Shown: positions 58,309-64,000 of the stretch, piece after piece
Layout: each line of letters opens with the position of its first letter
Numbering within the stretch: position 1 is the stretch's first letter
Origin: Chloroflexota bacterium
Lineage (GTDB): Bacteria; Chloroflexota; UBA11872; VXOZ01
Direction of reading: 5' to 3'
DNA length: 64,000 nucleotides
Assembly: GCA_963663275.1 (NCBI GenBank)
Contig: OY760183.1
Span: 1,184,001-1,248,000, forward strand
Program-made: the position numbers and the translations under genes
Notes under the pieces: model-generated
Seen by the model: only the letters and a program-made list of their open reading frames with translations
What the model was told of the DNA's origin: nothing
Database searches by the model: none

Positions 58309-58644
58309 ATGAAACAGCCGGTAGTCATTTCATGGGACGAGGCGCGCAAGCGCGTTCACGAGCGCGGCTTCTCGCTGCCCTTCGTGGGGGAGGGCAGCGG
58401 AGCGGAAGTCCTGCAACTGCACCTCTCCTCGATCAACCCGGGCGAGGCGGCGCACCCGCCGCACGAGCACGGCGGCGAGGAGATCATGTTCCTCATTTCG
58501 GGACGCGGCATGGCGACGCTTGGGGATGAGGAGCAGCCGATGACGGCCATGGCCGCGCTCTTCGCGCCCGCGGGCACGCGCCACGGCCTGCGCAACAACG
58601 GCGACGAGCCGATTAAGTACCTGGTCATCCGCACCGCTGAGTAG
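58309..58644 (+). CDS. Cupin-domain protein
   Basis: PG...HPPHEH..EE...SG.G; P.G..HGLRN.G. Confidence 0.9.
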   Translation: MKQPVVISWDEARKRVHERGFSLPFVGEGSGAEVLQLHLSSINPGEAAHPPHEHGGEEIMFLISGRGMATLGDEEQPMTAMAALFAPAGTRHGLRNNGDEPIKYLVIRTAE

Positions 58645-58739
58645 CCCGGCGCGGAACCCGCTCCGCGGGACGTTCGCGCTTGCCTAAGCTGGGAGGTAGC
58701 CGCCGCTGTCGATTGCCGATTGCGCGGCGGACGTCGTCT

Positions 58740-59543
58740 CTACGGCCACGTGCCGGCCAGGGCGCGTTTCAGCGTATCGCCTCTCATGCCGCAACGCAGC
58801 GCCTCCAGGGCCAGGATGTCCTCCGGCGGGATGTTGCCCAGGTTGACGTTGGGGCCAAACTCGAGGATAAGCCACTGCTGCTGGTTCTTGATCGGCGCTT
58901 CCCAGATGAGGTCGTCCACGTTGTTCACGCCGCCCAGGATTTCCTGCACCATCTCGGTCTGCACGTCGCCGCCGCTATCGAAGATGCCGACGCCGTGGCC
59001 GGATTCACGCGCCTCCACGATGACCTTGTGCGCGCCCTGGGCGAGGTCGCTGGCAATCTGCTCGTGCATGGTGGTGGTGGCGATGGCGTCTTTGGGGTCT
59101 TTCTTCCCCACCTCGGTGAGCACCTTGAAGCCGGCGTCCAGGGCGCGGGCGATGATGTCATTGCGCGTGGCGGCGTCCATCTCGATGGTGCCGTCGGAGA
59201 CCTCGATGGTGTTGAAACCAAGCTCTTTAGCGCGGGCGACGTAGGCGGCCACCTTGCCCTGGGCCTCCGCCGCCTCCAGGAACGTGCCGCCGGGGTAGAT
59301 GTCCACGGCGGCCGCCTGCACCAGCGCGATCTTCTCCCGCAACACGTCCTCCTCGTAGAACGCCGAGGTGCCGAACGTGAGCTTGAGCGAATCGATGACG
59401 TGCGCCGCCATTCGCATCAGATCGGCGGTGGCGTTGAGGCCAAGCCCCTTGTCCAACACCATGGTGTAGCCGGTAGCGCGCGGTTTAGCAGTAACGCGCG
59501 TGCTAACCGGCGGGTCGACAATTCCTTCCCAGGCCTGCGGCAT
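58740..59543 (-). CDS. comA: Phosphosulfolactate synthase
   Basis: G.TMVLDKG, K..FGTS, PGGTFLE, IEVSDG, EVGKK, VIVEARESG, WEAP, VNLGNI, LE.LR.G.RGDT. Confidence 0.93.
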   Translation of the reverse strand: MPQAWEGIVDPPVSTRVTAKPRATGYTMVLDKGLGLNATADLMRMAAHVIDSLKLTFGTSAFYEEDVLREKIALVQAAAVDIYPGGTFLEAAEAQGKVAAYVARAKELGFNTIEVSDGTIEMDAATRNDIIARALDAGFKVLTEVGKKDPKDAIATTTMHEQIASDLAQGAHKVIVEARESGHGVGIFDSGGDVQTEMVQEILGGVNNVDDLIWEAPIKNQQQWLILEFGPNVNLGNIPPEDILALEALRCGMRGDTLKRALAGTWP

Positions 59544-59651
59544 GTGCTGAATCCTCCTCGCAATGCAAAGCTACACACGTATCAGCTCTTGTCGTTCACT
59601 TTCCCCGGAGAGGGCGGTACATTCACTCGACGGCGTCCGGTTCCCTCTCCT

Positions 59652-59803
59652 GGGCTGACAGGGGTAGAGAACCGTCATTCCGAGCGGAGCGAGGAATCCA
59701 GAACCGACGCTTTTACAGCGAACGCCTTAGATTCCTCTCTCCGCCGCGCTCCGCTCGGAATGACACGAGAAGCCGGATGTTGAACGCCTACCCCTGTCAG
59801 CTT
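59652..59803. mobile_element. MITE family E (152 bp) inserted in a family A palindrome
   Basis: gggctgacaggggta...tacccctgtcagctt flanked by ctcct/ctcct. Confidence 0.88.
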
Positions 59804-60262
59804 CTCCTGAGGGAGAGGGTTAGGGTGGGGGGCGCTCCGGCAGCGCAGGTTTGTAACCTGCGCCCCTCTACGGTGAATCCTATGCGTACTCGTATCCCAT
59901 GCGTGATCTTGTCTCTTGGTCCGGCGGGGGACAAGCCCCCGCGCTACGTTGACTTCTCGATTTGGTTCCCTCTCCTGAGGGAGAGGGTTAGGGTGAGGGG
60001 GCGCTCCGGTAGCGCAGGTTTGAAACCTGCGTCCCTCTACGGTGAATTCTATGCGTACTTGTATCCCATGCGTGATCTTGTCTCTTGGTCCGGCGGGGGA
60101 CAAGCTCCCGCGCTACGTTGACTTCTCGATTTGGTTGCCTCTCCTGTGGGAGAGGGTTAGGGTGAGGGGGCATTCCGGTAGCGTAGGTTTGTAACCTGCG
60201 TCCGCTGCCGTCATACCGGCACACGTGGCGGACCGGCAGCGGGGGACAAGCCCCCGCGCTAC
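59804..60262. repeat. 169-bp tandem composite A+B+spacer+C, two full copies and a third with a different spacer
   Basis: B starts at 59840, 60009 and 60178. Confidence 0.92.
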
Positions 60263-60287
60263 GTTTGAAGAATGCCTGAGAAATCGC

Positions 60288-61337
60288 TCAGAGTCCTTCC
60301 ATGCAGTTGTGCGTACCGGCCAGAATGTCTTTGGCCCGCACGATCAGGCCGGTATGGTCGTGGGCCAGGCGATTCATAGCGTCCAGCCGCTTGGCCGCGA
60401 TGTCCGGCGCGTCGACGCCCGGCAGCGGGATGCGGTCGTACAGCAGCGCCGTGCCGCCGATTTTCTCGGAAGCGTTATCGAACAAGAGTTTGACCATCTT
60501 GGGGCCGGGCTTTACGTCTGAGACAACCGCCGTCTCGCGTCCCGATTCGATCTTGGGGAAGAGCAGCGAGAGTTGCGGATTGACCAGCTCGCCGGCTGCC
60601 GGCGCGACCGGCGCCAGGTCCACCGCCAGTTTGTGCGCCCACACGTTTGCCACGTCCGGCAAATCCAGGCCGAGCCGCGCCGCCGCGTCCGGAAAGTCGT
60701 AGACGAAACTGCCCTGGCGAATGTTGTCCACCAGCGAGCCCTTGTGGAACACCACGTCGCCGCCGCGAAACTCCAGGTGAGTCATCTCCGTGCTGAATAC
60801 CTGATAGCCGCGTCGCAGCCCCTCCAGCAGGAAGACCGTCTTGCCCGCGCCCGCGCCGCCAACCACCAGCATGAGTTCGTTGCGGTCGGGCAGGTACATG
60901 GCGGAGGCGTGGAAACTAAAGATGTCGTGGCGTCGTTCCAGCACCGCCAGCGCAAAGCGAAAGAACACCCCCAGATTGCCAAAGAGCGTGCAGCGCCGGT
61001 CCGAGCACGCCGCCTCCAACGCGCTGAAGTCCGCTACGGCAAAGACTTCGTCAGCGCCGATGCGCACGGCGGGCGGTTCCTTGGGCGCGTCCAGGATTAC
61101 CATGCGCCCGTCAAACGGCTCGGCATACGGTATCTCCGGCACTGCATGGACGTTCGTGACGAGCGACTGGATGACTGAGCGACTCTGGAAGAACTCCGGG
61201 TTGCTGATGAGGCCGCGGTTATTGGAAATCAACCCAAACCGCGCCCGCAGGACCCGCACCGCGCGCCGGGCAAGGCCGCCATGCTCCGGCTCAATTGCCA
61301 AAGAGGAACCCGTAGAAACAGCGTGCTCGTCGTTCAT
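60288..61337 (-). CDS. HPr-kinase-like P-loop protein
   Basis: FHASA..........GGAGAGKT followed by GY.VFSTE. Confidence 0.7.
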   Translation of the reverse strand: MNDEHAVSTGSSLAIEPEHGGLARRAVRVLRARFGLISNNRGLISNPEFFQSRSVIQSLVTNVHAVPEIPYAEPFDGRMVILDAPKEPPAVRIGADEVFAVADFSALEAACSDRRCTLFGNLGVFFRFALAVLERRHDIFSFHASAMYLPDRNELMLVVGGAGAGKTVFLLEGLRRGYQVFSTEMTHLEFRGGDVVFHKGSLVDNIRQGSFVYDFPDAAARLGLDLPDVANVWAHKLAVDLAPVAPAAGELVNPQLSLLFPKIESGRETAVVSDVKPGPKMVKLLFDNASEKIGGTALLYDRIPLPGVDAPDIAAKRLDAMNRLAHDHTGLIVRAKDILAGTHNCMEGL

Positions 61338-61592
61338 GAAAGCGGAATTCCGTCTATGCGCTCAGGCCCGGCAAATGGGGCCGGCAACGCACTGCTTCTC
61401 CAGTAGCGCAGGTTTGCAACCTGCGCCCAGCCGCCGCGGCTACCGCCCGCAGTGCTGCCACTCTAGCACGGCGCTACGGCGCGTTCAAGGATGCGCGCGG
61501 AACGAAGAGCGCCCCAAACGGTCCTTGCGGCGCGGTGTACACTAAGGGAGCGGCCGTCACGCGCCTCTCGAAACTCATACCGGATTAGCCAC

Positions 61593-62372
61593 ATGCGCCT
61601 TGCTGTCCTGGCCGACATTCACGGCAACATCTATGCGTTGGAAGCGGTGCTGGCGGATTTGGAGCGGCAAGCGCCGGATATGGTGGTGGTGTTGGGGGAT
61701 AGCGTGGTGAAATTTCCGCACAACCGGGCGGTGTTGGACGCGCTGGACGGGTTGCCGCACGTGGGGATTGCCGGCAACATGGAGCGGTGTCTGCAATTAT
61801 TCCTGGGCTACGAGTGCGCGGAACTCTCGCGTTACGATTCCGGCGAAGGGAAGTTGTTCGTGATGCGGCGGGCGTTCGCTGAAGTTGGCGCGGCGCGGGC
61901 GGCGCGGTTTCGCGACCTGCCCAACGAGCGTTCTCTGTCACTGGTTGGGCGCCATGACGTGCTGTTGTGTCATGGCGCGCCCGGGCATTTGACGGACTCG
62001 ATCTATCCCGCGCCCGACGCCGCGCCGCCGGGTCCCAACCAACCGAGCACCACCGATAGCGAACTCCACGCCAAGCTGCGGGGCGTAACGGCAAGCCTCG
62101 TCCTCTGCGCCCACACCCACCGGCGGATCGAACGCCGCTATAATGGAATACTGGTGGTGAACCCCGGCGCGGTGGGGCACACCTACGAGCGCAAGCACGA
62201 CCCGCGCGCCGGTTACGCCATCTTGACCCATGATAGCGGCGCGTGGCAAGTGGATTTTCGCGCGGTACCTTTCGACGGCGAGCGTGCCGTACGAGAGATG
62301 CTGGCAACCGCGCCGCCGGAGGCCGCCGCCGCGCGCCGGTATCTGGAACGCATCGCGGCGTACGTTGTCTGA
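61593..62372 (+). CDS. Metallophosphoesterase
   Basis: ADIHGN..ALEAVL, GD, GNME, CHG, AHTH, NPGAVG. Confidence 0.92.
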   Translation: MRLAVLADIHGNIYALEAVLADLERQAPDMVVVLGDSVVKFPHNRAVLDALDGLPHVGIAGNMERCLQLFLGYECAELSRYDSGEGKLFVMRRAFAEVGAARAARFRDLPNERSLSLVGRHDVLLCHGAPGHLTDSIYPAPDAAPPGPNQPSTTDSELHAKLRGVTASLVLCAHTHRRIERRYNGILVVNPGAVGHTYERKHDPRAGYAILTHDSGAWQVDFRAVPFDGERAVREMLATAPPEAAAARRYLERIAAYVV

Positions 62373-62429
62373 GCGCCTGAGCCGGTTAGGTACTGCCTTG
62401 CCAGGCGTGCGGCGATGCTCGGCGTGTTT

Positions 62430-62487
62430 GGGCGGTTCGCGAACCGCCCCGACGGCTAGAGGCGTAGCGCGGGGGCTTGTCCCCCGC
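62430..62487. repeat. H and C REP-like repeats
   Basis: gggcggttcgcgaaccgccc; gtagcgcgggggcttgtcccccgc. Confidence 0.85.
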
Positions 62488-62531
62488 TTCTTGGTGCAAA
62501 AAGCAAATCCATCTGAGGCAAGGCGCAAATC

Positions 62532-63863
62532 ATGCCCGTTACCCGCATCATTACCGACCTTGCAGAAGCGCGCAATACCGTGCTCAAGCGCACGCCGCTG
62601 GGTGACGAAGAACTGCCCGCGCCGGTGGCGGCGCGCATCCGGGAGGTCTTTGGCGCGGATCTTTCCGCCGGCGAGGTGGCGGACCGCATTCTGGCGGACG
62701 TGCGGGCCGAGGGCGACGCCGCTCTCCTGCGGTACATGCGGCACTTCGACGGCGCAGCGCCGGAACCGCTGGAGGTCACGCCCGCGGAGATTGCCGCGGC
62801 CCAGGACGAGGTCGATGACTCGCTGCTGCAGGTCTTGCAGCAAGCGGCGGCGCGCATCGGCGCGTATCACGAACGCCAGCGGCGCAACTCGTGGCTGGAT
62901 TTCGAGACCGGCCTCGGCGAGATGGTGCGGCCCTTGGAGCGCGTGGGCATCTATTCGCCGGGCACGGAGCGGGTCTATCCGTCGTCGGTGCTGATGTCGG
63001 TCGTGCCGGCGCTGGTGGCGGGCGTGGAGGAGATCATCCTGGCCACGCCGTGCCGCGCCGACGGCAGCGTGCATCCGCTCAAACTGGCGGCGGCGGCAAT
63101 CGCCGGGGTGCATCGGGTCTTCAGGATCAGCGGCGCGCAGGCCATTGCCGCGCTCGCGTGCGGCACCGCGCAGGTACCCAAGGTGGATAAGATCCTCGGC
63201 CCGGGCAATATCTTTGTAATCCTGGCAAAGCAGAGGGTCTACGGACAGGTGGGCATCGACCAGTTGCCCGGGCCGACGGAGACGCTCATCGTGGCGGACG
63301 CCGCGGCCGAGCCGGCGGAGGTGGCGGCTGATCTGCTCGCCCAGGCCGAGCACGATATGCTGGCAACGCCGCTTTTGATTACGGATTCCGCCGACCTGGC
63401 CGCCCGTGTCGAGCAGGAACTGGCGGCGCAACTGGCGGACTTGCCGCGCCAGGAAGAGGCCGCCTATTCGCTGCTGCACAACGGCGGCATCGTGGTAGCG
63501 CCCGATTTGGAAACGGCCATCGATGAAGCGAGCGAGTACGCGCCGGAGCATCTCTGCCTGCTGACCCGGGAGCCGTGGCAATGGGTGGGCAAGGTGCGCA
63601 ACGCCGGCGGCGTCTTCGTGGGCAGCGCCTCGCCGGAGGTGCTGGGCGACTACATCGCCGGCCCGAGCCACATCATGCCCGTGGGCGGCACGGCGCGATT
63701 TTCTTCCCCGCTTACCGTGCAGGAGTTCTATAAGAGCACGTCGATCGTGGCGCTTGATGCCAAGACGGCCGCGGCTATCGCCGAACCCGCCGCGCGCCTG
63801 GCCGAGGCGGAAGGTTTCGTGGCGCACGCCCGGGCGGCGCGCCGGCGGGCGCGCCCAACCTAG
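62532..63863 (+). CDS. hisD: Histidinol dehydrogenase
   Basis: YPSSVLM, GAQAIAALA, GPGN.FV..AK, PGPTE, AQAEHD, APEHL, GDY.AGPSH.MP. Confidence 0.96.
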   Translation: MPVTRIITDLAEARNTVLKRTPLGDEELPAPVAARIREVFGADLSAGEVADRILADVRAEGDAALLRYMRHFDGAAPEPLEVTPAEIAAAQDEVDDSLLQVLQQAAARIGAYHERQRRNSWLDFETGLGEMVRPLERVGIYSPGTERVYPSSVLMSVVPALVAGVEEIILATPCRADGSVHPLKLAAAAIAGVHRVFRISGAQAIAALACGTAQVPKVDKILGPGNIFVILAKQRVYGQVGIDQLPGPTETLIVADAAAEPAEVAADLLAQAEHDMLATPLLITDSADLAARVEQELAAQLADLPRQEEAAYSLLHNGGIVVAPDLETAIDEASEYAPEHLCLLTREPWQWVGKVRNAGGVFVGSASPEVLGDYIAGPSHIMPVGGTARFSSPLTVQEFYKSTSIVALDAKTAAAIAEPAARLAEAEGFVAHARAARRRARPT

Positions 63864-63955
63864 AGGGGGCCTTGCGCAACGAAACCTGACAGGCGAGAAG
63901 TTTCCCTCTCCCTTCGAAGACCGTTGTGGTACCGGAGTCGGCGTGCAATGAAACT

Positions 63956-63987
63956 CCCTCTCCTGGGGGAGAGGGCCGGGGTGAGGG
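63956..63987. repeat. Intact (empty) family A palindrome
   Basis: ccctctcctgggggagagggccggggtgaggg. Confidence 0.85.
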
Positions 63988-64000
63988 GAAAACCTCGTTG

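Noticed and set aside
59804-60262. Possible CRISPR array
   Set aside because: Spacers are duplicated, units are 169 bp and built of dispersed REP families, and there are no cas genes.
61938-63827. Long antisense ORF opposite hisD (also those opposite purA, clpC, recR, the MTase and the transposase)
   Set aside because: Antisense shadows of well-supported genes in high-GC DNA.

Overview
GC-rich bacterial chromosomal window. A Chloroflexota origin is inferred from protein style (PurA 'EGQLG' variant, 4-domain S1, ClpC, repeat families); LRR and RCC1-repeat lipoproteins hint at a host-associated, possibly sponge, lifestyle. Positions 1-11.4 kb form a defence island: a PLD-SNF2 helicase and an N6-adenine methyltransferase interleaved with two VapBC-like modules, followed by cargo genes (PIN-like protein, tandem His/Cys-domain protein, TIR protein, small membrane protein). 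A degenerate second copy of the methyltransferase 3' end brackets the first cargo gene. The rest is housekeeping and catabolic genes (tilS, fadN-like, ggt, mfd, purA, pfk, clpC, rpsA, recR, tRNA-Cys, comA, hisD) with a dense population of palindromic REP-like repeats. One repeat family ('A') is the landing site for an IS481 and two different MITE families, each with 5-bp target duplications at the hairpin centre. Several repeat copies are translated in frame inside proteins. A Clp-N-domain-only gene is coupled directly upstream of clpC. All calls come from reading motifs by eye; no database searches were run.
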